Positions 56,668 through 63,822 of a stretch of DNA of 64,000 nt are shown here, in pieces (within the stretch, counting starts at the first letter, position 1; each line of letters starts with the position of its first letter). Location: IMG/VR virus record IMGVR_UViG_3300030419_007201, positions 2,079 to 66,078 of that record; one strand, given 5' to 3'. A model generated the notes under the pieces. That model was not told the DNA's origin. It was given only the letters and a program-made list of their open reading frames with translations, and ran no database searches. Both the position numbers and the translations under genes were made by a program. The DNA is from a virus. Taxonomy: Duplodnaviria > Caudoviricetes.

Positions 56668-56829
56668 TAATTTTCCTCTAAGTCTTTACTTTGTTCAGAC
56701 TGTATATAATATATAATTTGTTCTAGTATATTTAAAGCTTGCAAATCCATAGTAAACACATTAGAATACAATCTTCTTTCTTTAATTAGTTTTTTACCTT
56801 GTAAAACCAATTTATTTAGCTCATCACTA

Positions 56830-57039
56830 TCATGCATCAGCTACTTTCTTTGTAATCATCAGTGATCTACTGACTACATCAGCTTTTAACTCTTCCATTA
56901 TATGAGACCAATTTTCAATATCTGATTTAGTCATTTCATCTAGCATAGCCCAGAGAGAATCTACTTCATCTTGCAACTGTTTGTTCTCTTGTTTCAGTCT
57001 AGCAATCTGCCTATCTTTATTCTTGTTGCTCTTTTTCAT
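56830..57039 (-). CDS. Small coiled-coil protein
   Basis: 69-aa heptad-rich ORF. Confidence 0.65.
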   Translation of the reverse strand: MKKSNKNKDRQIARLKQENKQLQDEVDSLWAMLDEMTKSDIENWSHIMEELKADVVSRSLMITKKVADA

Positions 57040-57287
57040 TTAAAAACCCGCTCCTTTGCAGTGTCAAATAACTTATCCATGAAACTTTTCTTCAGTCGTA
57101 AGAGACGCTCAAACTTGACGCGCTCTCTAGCATCAGTATACAGTGTCGTTGGCCTTTTAAGCTCCCCGTTAATGATTTGGTCGGAAAAATCATAAAACTT
57201 TGACTTTTTGGGCTGCTTTCCAGCAGCCGTTGAGGCCAGCATCATCAAAATCGCCAGACCTACGAAAATTTTTACCCACTTTTTCAC
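57036..57287 (-). CDS. Secreted CglF/GltF-like (myxobacterial gliding) small protein
   Basis: Signal peptide, then YDFSDQIINGELKRP...FERLLRLKKSF, matching the DF.D..I.GEL..P...F..L..R..F pattern. Confidence 0.65.
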   Translation of the reverse strand: MKKWVKIFVGLAILMMLASTAAGKQPKKSKFYDFSDQIINGELKRPTTLYTDARERVKFERLLRLKKSFMDKLFDTAKERVFK

Positions 57288-57475
57288 TTCATGGTACCCT
57301 CCTTTTCTTGTTCGTTAGCCATTTCTAGTACTGTATGGCAAAGGTTGGCTATGATTTGATGATGATCACGAAATATATTTATTTCTAAGCATTGTGCCTG
57401 CTTAAGCAGATTCTTAACTTCAGTTGTAGTATAGACTTTTTTGTCGTAAACAGGCGACATGTTTCGTTTCCCCAA
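57284..57475 (-). CDS. Hypothetical protein
   Basis: 63-aa ORF packed in the gene run. Confidence 0.5.
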   Translation of the reverse strand: MGKRNMSPVYDKKVYTTTEVKNLLKQAQCLEINIFRDHHQIIANLCHTVLEMANEQEKEGTMK

Positions 57476-57478
57476 TTA

Positions 57479-57937
57479 TCAGGCTTTAATGTTGATCATC
57501 TTGCCAGTACCACCTCCAGGACCTTCCTCCATCTCTTCTAACTTTTCAAAGGTGCTTTGTAACAATTTTAAAGCTAGACTAGAATCGGACGTCTTCTCAA
57601 CCATCTCAGCCATCATCTCTATAGCTTCTCCAATGGCTTCTATATTTTCTTTCATTTCTTTTATGGTATCGTCCAGAATGTCGTATTGACCTTCCTTCTC
57701 ACTTAAACCACGTAAGTAGAGAAAGTCTTGAGTGCTTGTACTAGATTGACTAGCATAAACAGCATTTTCACTCTCTCTATATTCTTCACTAGACTTCGAA
57801 TCAACGCGCCCCACATTATTTGTCTCTTCTTGGGGTTTAGATTCGCTAGCAGGGCTAGCTGAGGCCTCGTTAACGGCCTTTGTATCTAAAAGCGACTCTA
57901 CCCCTGCGTTGACCGAGCCTATGCTTCCTACGCTCAT
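57479..57937 (-). CDS. Ser-rich protein with YjfB-like C-terminus
   Basis: Start MSVGSIGS after AGGAGG; ends ALKLLQ...GTGKMINIKA. Confidence 0.6.
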   Translation of the reverse strand: MSVGSIGSVNAGVESLLDTKAVNEASASPASESKPQEETNNVGRVDSKSSEEYRESENAVYASQSSTSTQDFLYLRGLSEKEGQYDILDDTIKEMKENIEAIGEAIEMMAEMVEKTSDSSLALKLLQSTFEKLEEMEEGPGGGTGKMINIKA

Positions 57938-58057
57938 TTTCGACCTCCTACGTGTCTTTTCTGTTGTATTATATGAGTAAGATAAAGCAAACAATTTAAG
58001 CTCCTCTATGAAATAAATAGATGTTAACATCATATCATACGTGATTATATTTTTAAT

Positions 58058-58285
58058 ATGAAAAATATCGATATTAACATTGGTGATTTAGTGCGTCTTA
58101 AGGGCTTTAAATTATCAGATCCAAGCGAGGTACCATATGGATTAGTAGAACATGCCGGCTTTCCGAATGCTAAGCACTGCAGGGTGCAATGGTTAAACAA
58201 AGATATAGCAAATAGGTTTGCTCTAACGAAATTAGTAGAGAAAATCAAGCTGGAAATCATACATAAAGCTAGTCAGAGCCCGTGA
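58058..58285 (+). CDS. Small SH3/KOW-like protein
   Basis: IGDLVRL...YGLV...RVQWL. Confidence 0.55.
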   Translation: MKNIDINIGDLVRLKGFKLSDPSEVPYGLVEHAGFPNAKHCRVQWLNKDIANRFALTKLVEKIKLEIIHKASQSP

Positions 58286-58586
58286 AGGGCATAATATCGC
58301 CAAAATACGTCTCTTCTAAACGTCTTTCTTCATCTAGTATTTTGCGACGTCCTTCAAGCTTCATATAAATTTGGGCTAAAACTCTTCCAGCTTCGATATC
58401 ATCTTCAAATTCACGTTCATACAACCTAGGATCTAAGCCATATGTTGCAAACCATGGCTGAATAGTCCACTTGAATCCGCGTTTGCCTAATATTCGCTTA
58501 CAAACTCCAATTGGATATCCAGAATTTTCTCCTTCCAGGAGAATGTATGTCTCAGAATCGCCTTGTGGTTGCCATTTAATCTTCAT
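58269..58586 (-). CDS. Hypothetical protein
   Basis: Start moved to MKIKWQP. Confidence 0.6.
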   Translation of the reverse strand: MKIKWQPQGDSETYILLEGENSGYPIGVCKRILGKRGFKWTIQPWFATYGLDPRLYEREFEDDIEAGRVLAQIYMKLEGRRKILDEERRLEETYFGDIMPFTGSD

Positions 58587-58806
58587 TGTTGTACCATACT
58601 CGTGATAAAAGACAGATATCACTGTCCTTATGGAAATAACTAGCATTAAGTGGCCACCAAAAGATTTTATAATTCGAATATTTTCGACTGTGGCCATAGC
58701 CAATGACCATACCATGGGCACAGTGCTTGAATTTATCAAATTTCAAGTCACTAAATGTCCGTGATAGCTCCACTAGGTCGCCAATTTTGTATGGTCCGTC
58801 TAACAT
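58576..58806 (-). CDS. Small SH3/KOW-like protein
   Basis: YKIGDLVEL...GMVI...YKIFW; CTATTTA directly upstream. Confidence 0.6.
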   Translation of the reverse strand: MLDGPYKIGDLVELSRTFSDLKFDKFKHCAHGMVIGYGHSRKYSNYKIFWWPLNASYFHKDSDICLLSRVWYNNED

Positions 58807-58832
58807 GCTAATAAATAGCAGTTAGCCGACCT

Positions 58833-59423
58833 TTAAGCTGGATGAATATCCGGATTGTTATCCAAAAACTTTCGCAATGCACGAGAAGTTACGCCATGAA
58901 TACCAATTAATCTGGCTAATTCTTCTTTTTGGCCTGGAGAAGTACGATCAGAAGCCAGTAGATCCATGACTTCTTCCTTTTCTTGGGGGCTAAGAGGCGT
59001 TGAGCTACCAAGTTTAGGTCCACTTAGCTTTGAAGGCATGCCCCATGTACCGCCAGGATTGGCCTCTTTCCACGACTGTGGGGGTTTTGCTGCAGACACA
59101 GGCCCACCTATGGACCTAGGCTCTCGAACGCGAAATGCGCCCGTTCTGCCCATCATACGGCCACTCTCTGCCATACGCTCTTCGCTTAAATCGACCTCCT
59201 CCCCGGCTTCTAGCCTTCGAAGTTCATCTTTAGTAACCCAATATCCCTCACCGGTTTCTGGATCCTTCCAATAAAGGCTTCTTTCTGGCGCCCTAGGCGG
59301 CCATGGTTCTTCTTCACGTCCGATTAATCGATTAAACCAACTCTCGTTAGTACTAACCTCTTCGCTTATGGTCTTCTTGATTAAAGATTTAAGTAAGTTC
59401 TGTGTTAATTTGGTTTTTTTCAT
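58833..59423 (-). CDS. KIT-type leader protein
   Basis: MKKTKLTQNLLKSLIKKTISEE; RBS GGAGG; ACTATTTA upstream. Confidence 0.75.
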   Translation of the reverse strand: MKKTKLTQNLLKSLIKKTISEEVSTNESWFNRLIGREEEPWPPRAPERSLYWKDPETGEGYWVTKDELRRLEAGEEVDLSEERMAESGRMMGRTGAFRVREPRSIGGPVSAAKPPQSWKEANPGGTWGMPSKLSGPKLGSSTPLSPQEKEEVMDLLASDRTSPGQKEELARLIGIHGVTSRALRKFLDNNPDIHPA

Positions 59424-59485
59424 AGAAAAGTAACCCTCCACATATAAATAGTCTTTAAATCTGGAAAACTATTTTATGATTTTTG

Positions 59486-59638
59486 CTAGCGCATGCTCCA
59501 TGGAAGACCTCTTCTTCCCATAGCAGCTACTTTGAGCAAATCATTGTTTCTGGCCTTAAGCCTCTCTACTCTTTTCTCAAGCTCCTTCACCTTTTGCTTA
59601 AGCATCTCGTTTTCTTCAGTTAGTTCTTTCTTAGTCAT
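59486..59638 (-). CDS. Small coiled-coil protein (50 aa, not in track)
   Basis: Hand-translated MTKKELTEENEMLKQKVKELEKRVERLK... Confidence 0.65.
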   Translation of the reverse strand: MTKKELTEENEMLKQKVKELEKRVERLKARNNDLLKVAAMGRRGLPWSMR

Positions 59639-59957
59639 GGTTAGTTCCTATATTAATACTATGATAAAGCAGATAAAATCCAAAATCTCAAAAATTACCC
59701 GCGCATTGCAAACGTATATGGCCGGCTCTGGCACTCTCGGGATTTCCCGGGCGACATACTTTCCCCCCGGGGGAGGGGGGGTACCTAAGCTAGTGTTTTT
59801 ACTAAGCTATATTGTCAAGAAAAAAATGCAGGCAAGAGCAAATACTTTGCAACTTTCCCCCTTGCGCTTTCCACTTGACAAAAAAACCAAGCAATCACGG
59901 CAGCTTAGCCGTTCTTACGTGAGTTTAGCACGTTTTTGTGTGTTCGTTAACGCATTT

Positions 59958-60050
59958 TTACACTTCCTCGTCGATTTTGTAATCTTCCGTAATCATTCCG
60001 ATAATCAGGCCGATGATTATGCCAATCAGGCCAGCGTTCAGATAAATCAT
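59958..60050 (-). CDS. 30-aa single-pass membrane peptide (not in track)
   Basis: MIYLNAGLIGIIIGLIIGMITEDYKIDEEV; RBS GGAGG; promoter at 60106-60133. Confidence 0.55.
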   Translation of the reverse strand: MIYLNAGLIGIIIGLIIGMITEDYKIDEEV

Positions 60051-60105
60051 GTTCGCGGTCCTCCGTTTTCTCTAACGGTTTCAGGGGTTTCGCGTTGTCC
60101 TATAT

Positions 60106-60133
60106 AACATAGGAACGGCTAGGGATAAGTCTA
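60106..60133 (-). promoter_or_regulatory. Repeated promoter TAGACT-N16-TATGTT
   Basis: Member of the 16-bp-spacer family. Confidence 0.55.
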
Positions 60134-60285
60134 CCCTAGATTATGCGAATCGCGGGGGTATAATATTGGAAGGGGTTTGTGACTCTCTCTTGTCACTTTG
60201 CTTATTGCATACGCGGGGAGTGCAATAATATTCCGGGGTCATCCTCTCACCCTTCCCCATGTGGGTGGAATGACTAGGTTTTTAT

Positions 60286-61161
60286 CTACCCAGCCAGCAT
60301 GTCAGGGATGGCATCACCGAACTCGCGCACAAAGTGAGCGCGGAGATTCTTCTTTAGCCGGCTCTCAAGCTGAGAAACGCGCTGCTTAGTGACGCCGTGA
60401 GTCTCTGCAATATCAGCAGCGGGCACAACGTCAGAGCCAGTAACTTCATTGATAACGCGGCCTTGAAAAATATCAAGGTCACGGGCGTCGAGAGTCTCGG
60501 CAAAAGTCGAGAGTGACAGGACGATTGCCTCGCTCGTACGAGTGCGGTCGAGTCGGCTCTCAGGTGTCAGGGTGTCGTCCTCGATGAGGTCACCGAAACA
60601 TCCACCGTCTTGGCTCAGAGGGGCGTTTAGAGACGCTGCACGGGCTCCAAGGAGCGGAAGGGTAGACGTGACGTCATCAACGTCGAGGTCAAGCTCACGG
60701 GCGACTAGCTCAGGCGTGAGGGCATCGCCAAATTGACGACGGAGACGCGGGAGCGAAGCAAATAGCTTTTTGCCGGTGCGCGTGCCGATTCGGATGGTGC
60801 CACAGTTCTCCTGCACGAACGCCTGCACGTTGGCACGAATCCATTGAGCGGCGTAAGAGGTGAACGATGCGCCTTTGGAGCCGTCGAAGGTCTCAGCGGC
60901 GCGTACGATGCCGGTCATGGCTTCGGCGGTGAGGTCTTCGAGGTCAATGCTGTTTCGCTGGTGCTTACGGGCGATAGAGATAGCGAGGCGCATGTTCGAG
61001 CGCACGAGCTTGTCAAGAGCGCTGTCAGCTTCGGGTGTCGTTGTCCGCGTGCCGTCCTCGTTGAGGGTGAGGCCAGACTGATAGATGGTGGCCTGTTCAG
61101 CTTGCTCCGACTTGGAGAGGATGAGGATTGTGGCGGCGACATTGAAAAGCGTGTAGGGCAC
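60286..61161 (-). CDS. Sigma-70-family sigma factor, RpoH/SigB-like
   Basis: LVRSNMRLAISIA, DL..E...G...A...FD...G.SF.SYA.QWIR, RpoH-box-like IRIGT...KKLF, region 4 GVTKQRVSQLE; start moved to GTG after GGAGG. Confidence 0.85.
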   Translation of the reverse strand: MPYTLFNVAATILILSKSEQAEQATIYQSGLTLNEDGTRTTTPEADSALDKLVRSNMRLAISIARKHQRNSIDLEDLTAEAMTGIVRAAETFDGSKGASFTSYAAQWIRANVQAFVQENCGTIRIGTRTGKKLFASLPRLRRQFGDALTPELVARELDLDVDDVTSTLPLLGARAASLNAPLSQDGGCFGDLIEDDTLTPESRLDRTRTSEAIVLSLSTFAETLDARDLDIFQGRVINEVTGSDVVPAADIAETHGVTKQRVSQLESRLKKNLRAHFVREFGDAIPDMLAG

Positions 61162-61210
61162 TGAAGACCTCCGTGGTCTGTTCTTGATGGGGTTTCCTTC
61201 CGACACCTAA

Positions 61211-61238
61211 ACAATAAGAACCGTAGAGGGCCAGACAA
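61211..61238 (-). promoter_or_regulatory. Repeated promoter TTGTCT-N16-TATTGT upstream of the sigma gene
   Basis: Followed by the shared leader TTAGGTGTC. Confidence 0.7.
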
Positions 61239-61296
61239 GGGGGCAAGGGTGTTTTTTTTCGTTTTTAGGTCTTTTTTTTATAGACCCTCGGAATCA

Positions 61297-61503
61297 TTAG
61301 GCTTTTTTCTTCTGAAGCCTCCGACGCTTCCTAGCACGTCGTAGACAGCCCTTACAAGTGGCTAAGACAGGCGACCAGTAGCCAGTTGCAGCTTGTGCCC
61401 AGTACACGGTGAGCTTGCGGCGCACTCCAGGGGTCACACAGTGGTCATCACTGTCGCACACGCCAATCTCGACGCGCTCAGACGGATGGATATCGCCATA
61501 CAT
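61297..61503 (-). CDS. Small Cys-containing basic protein
   Basis: RBS AGGAG. Confidence 0.55.
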   Translation of the reverse strand: MYGDIHPSERVEIGVCDSDDHCVTPGVRRKLTVYWAQAATGYWSPVLATCKGCLRRARKRRRLQKKKA

Positions 61504-61524
61504 GGGCGAAGCTCCTTGACTAGC

Positions 61525-61797
61525 CTAGAGGCGAGCCATGCGATGGGCGTAGTTCACGGCCTGAGTGGCCGCATGACCTCCGGTGAACCGGCTAGCGGTG
61601 CCCACAGGGCGCTCAGAGGCGTCGAACCGCTGAACGATATACAGGTCGTTGATACGGGCGACGGCGACCTGATTGCCATCGGGCAGCCATGCACGGTGAA
61701 CAATCTTGTGAGGCATCACGCGATGGTCGGGGCGCTGCTGGAAGCTGCGACGGGTGTGCTGGGTACGGCGGCGGTTGTTCTTGCACTTGCTAGGCAT
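61525..61797 (-). CDS. Small basic protein
   Basis: RBS GGAG; own promoter. Confidence 0.65.
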   Translation of the reverse strand: MPSKCKNNRRRTQHTRRSFQQRPDHRVMPHKIVHRAWLPDGNQVAVARINDLYIVQRFDASERPVGTASRFTGGHAATQAVNYAHRMARL

Positions 61798-61833
61798 GGG
61801 TTCTCCGTGGTGTCTGTTCCTGCCAACACCCTA

Positions 61834-61861
61834 ACAGTAAGAACCGAATCCCGTGAGTAAA
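61834..61861 (-). promoter_or_regulatory. Repeated promoter TTTACT-N16-TACTGT
   Basis: Followed by TAGGGTGTT. Confidence 0.7.
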
Positions 61862-62131
61862 GGGCGCGAGCAAAAAAAATCGTATACGTGGGCAAAATAT
61901 TATAAGCCCTCGAAATGATTAAAGATTTTGCTCCTGCAAACCAGTGCGAAGCCAGAAAGAAAGCGCGCCGGTCACGTAGGCGAGCAAAAAATAATCGAAC
62001 GGTGTCATGCGTCTGTCCTCCAGCGCAGGTGTTTAGCGCGTTGCCGCTTCGGCTTGCGTCGTCTTCCCGTAGCTTCGTCACGGGTACGAGTGTGATGCTT
62101 TCCGGCCTTGCCAGCGTGCATCACACGCGCG

Positions 62132-62308
62132 TCAATAGTTGAGTGTTTCTTCACGTTGCACCGTCAGCACTATCGTGCCCTCTGTTGAGCCGTAGCACTC
62201 GCGGAGCTTGTTTCGCCGGATGCTAGCGGCAACGTCTTCGATGGAGAGCCGTCGAATACGAGTCTGAAACCGCTCATATTCATCGGGGACGTGGAAAATG
62301 ATTTTCAC
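62132..62308 (-). CDS. Hypothetical small protein
   Basis: Probable GTG start immediately after the upstream stop. Confidence 0.4.
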   Translation of the reverse strand: MKIIFHVPDEYERFQTRIRRLSIEDVAASIRRNKLRECYGSTEGTIVLTVQREETLNY

Positions 62309-62309
62309 G

Positions 62310-62549
62310 CTAGCCCTCGCAGCTATCGGGGTGAGACCAGTTGGCATACTGCCAATCACTAATCTCGCCACTCTTGCACAGAGAATCAGTCCAGTTATTC
62401 CAAGTCTCGGAACGATGGCACTCATCGACGTGCTGCCACTCACCGCCTTGCCACTCAGTCTCTTCGATGATGAGCAGGGGGATGATGTTATTGTCGAAGT
62501 ATTCAACCGCTTCGTCGCGGGTCATTACTGTGTCTAGGTCTCGGGCCAT
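62310..62549 (-). CDS. Small acidic Trp-rich protein
   Basis: Start moved to MARD after AGGAGG; WNNWTD.LCK.G.ISDWQY.NW. Confidence 0.75.
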   Translation of the reverse strand: MARDLDTVMTRDEAVEYFDNNIIPLLIIEETEWQGGEWQHVDECHRSETWNNWTDSLCKSGEISDWQYANWSHPDSCEG

Positions 62550-62574
62550 GTCGTTGTCCTCCTGTGACACCTAA

Positions 62575-62602
62575 ACAATAGGCACGGGTAGAGGCGAGTA
62601 AA
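62575..62602 (-). promoter_or_regulatory. Repeated promoter TTTACT-N16-TATTGT
   Basis: Followed by TTAGGTGTCACAGGAG. Confidence 0.7.
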
Positions 62603-62771
62603 ATATTTTCTCGCTTTTCTTCTAAGCCCTCGGAATGATTGAGGTTATCGTGCCCAGAGAAACTTCGGGCGCGCAGCCTCCGCGACAGCTTGCCACGTAT
62701 CAACAGCGAAGGCTAGAGCTTGGTCACCCCACAGGTAACCGGCTACGAAAATAGCCAGCAATGTCAGGACT

Positions 62772-62963
62772 TTACTCATCACCTAGCCTCACTAGGTGGC
62801 TGTAACGGGCGAGGCCGGTCACGCCATTGGGCCAAAAGACTTTGAGGGTTGTACCGCCTTCGGTGACCTCAAGAACGACGCCAAGGTCACCGGCCTTGTT
62901 CTCTCTGAAGTTGAGTGCTGGCTTTGAGTAAACAATGTCACCGGGTTGTGCGTTGAGGACCAT
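62772..62963 (-). CDS. Small SH3/KOW-like protein
   Basis: PGDIV...GVVLEV...KVFW. Confidence 0.6.
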   Translation of the reverse strand: MVLNAQPGDIVYSKPALNFRENKAGDLGVVLEVTEGGTTLKVFWPNGVTGLARYSHLVRLGDE

Positions 62964-63164
62964 CTAGGTCATCCTGTCGGTGGCTTCTGCAACGTCCATC
63001 ATGGTCGCCTTCGCATTGCACGCCTCGACGAAGCGCACAAGGTTAAAGCGGTCGTTGGTTCGGCGCAGCAGCACCCCGAAGTTGAGCGCGGTCGCTTGCC
63101 GCGTTTGCTCGTCGTCGATGGTCTTGACGACGTTGGCAATGAGTTGGAAATCTTTGCGGGTCAT
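62964..63164 (-). CDS. Small phage protein (MTRKDFQLIA...RF..AC type)
   Basis: RBS AGGAG; own promoter. Confidence 0.75.
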   Translation of the reverse strand: MTRKDFQLIANVVKTIDDEQTRQATALNFGVLLRRTNDRFNLVRFVEACNAKATMMDVAEATDRMT

Positions 63165-63193
63165 GTCCGTCTCCTTCGTCTTGGGACACCCTA

Positions 63194-63221
63194 ACAGTAG
63201 GCACCCAAAATAGAGAGTTAA
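63194..63221 (-). promoter_or_regulatory. Repeated promoter TTAACT-N16-TACTGT
   Basis: Followed by TAGGGTGTC. Confidence 0.7.
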
Positions 63222-63231
63222 GCGATATATG

Positions 63232-63266
63232 AAAAAAAGTTGGTGGGCTCACCCAACATGCCCACC
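63232..63266 (-). terminator. Intrinsic terminator
   Basis: GGTGGGC-N11-GCCCACC, then AAC and T7 on the minus strand. Confidence 0.6.
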
Positions 63267-63371
63267 GTGACACAGCCTAAAACGGGAATCACTCCCACGC
63301 TTACGCAACCACGAAGACAGCATCGGTCATCAACCCTCATCTACTGTCATGCTCTGGTCTGTGTCTCCCAC
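63232..63371 (-). ncRNA. Candidate ~140-nt structured small RNA
   Basis: Own promoter and terminator, no credible ORF, nested stems. Confidence 0.5.
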
Positions 63372-63377
63372 GTACTA

Positions 63378-63405
63378 AAGATAGGCACCGGAAAAAGAGA
63401 GTTAA
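63378..63405 (-). promoter_or_regulatory. Repeated promoter TTAACT-N16-TATCTT
   Basis: Close copy of the 63194-63221 promoter. Confidence 0.7.
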
Positions 63406-63409
63406 GCGA

Positions 63410-63772
63410 TTAAATCAAATCTTTCGCGGTGAGGAGGGTGGAGCCCGCTGACGGGATGCACTTCATAAAGCCCTGATTTCCGTCATGCCACTTGAGTTTG
63501 AGCAGGCTACCCGTGGGAGTTTCCACAACGATATGGAGGACTTTCATGCCATCAAACCAGCCATCATTGGCTAGCTTACCCTCACCATGAGTTTCCAGGT
63601 CGAAGGTGGCAACCAGCCGCTTGAGTTCGGTGCGCGCTAGTTTGGCGTGCCACTTGGCATAAGGCGCGATTGAGCCAAAGCCTAGCCGCCACATCTGATG
63701 CGCTTGTGCGACATCGGCGGGCATCGGAAGCCTCTCGGATTGAACTTTTGCCTCGCGGGCTACCATCGTCAT
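63410..63772 (-). CDS. Hypothetical protein
   Basis: Start moved to MTMVARE after CAGGAG; own promoter. Confidence 0.7.
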   Translation of the reverse strand: MTMVAREAKVQSERLPMPADVAQAHQMWRLGFGSIAPYAKWHAKLARTELKRLVATFDLETHGEGKLANDGWFDGMKVLHIVVETPTGSLLKLKWHDGNQGFMKCIPSAGSTLLTAKDLI

Positions 63773-63794
63773 TGTTGTCTCCTGTGACACCCTA

Positions 63795-63822
63795 AGAGTA
63801 GTCACCAAATAGTTAGGGTAAA
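63795..63822 (-). promoter_or_regulatory. Repeated promoter TTTACC-N16-TACTCT
   Basis: Followed by TAGGGTGTCACAGGAG. Confidence 0.7.

Noticed and set aside
33542-59423. Diversity-generating retroelement or retron behind the variable gene array
   Set aside because: No reverse transcriptase and no template/variable repeat pair differing at adenines was seen.
59493-60107. 204-aa plus-strand ORF across the GC junction
   Set aside because: It is antisense to two better-supported small ORFs, runs through homopolymer tracts and has no recognisable protein features.
325-63273. Most short plus-strand and nested ORFs in the track (e.g. 2864-3319, 35859-36299, 41865-42305, 61393-61860)
   Set aside because: They are shadows of longer motif-bearing minus-strand genes and lack RBSs or motifs.
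63300-63345. Hammerhead ribozyme in the candidate ncRNA (UUGAUGA)
   Set aside because: The core needs CUGAUGA plus GAAA; the C and the GAAA are both missing.
61162-63808. Track starts at 61206, 62570 and 63808 and the apparent shared 'VRVSQE' peptide
   Set aside because: These are translations of the repeated promoter/5' UTR DNA; the RBS-supported starts are 61161, 62549 and 63772.
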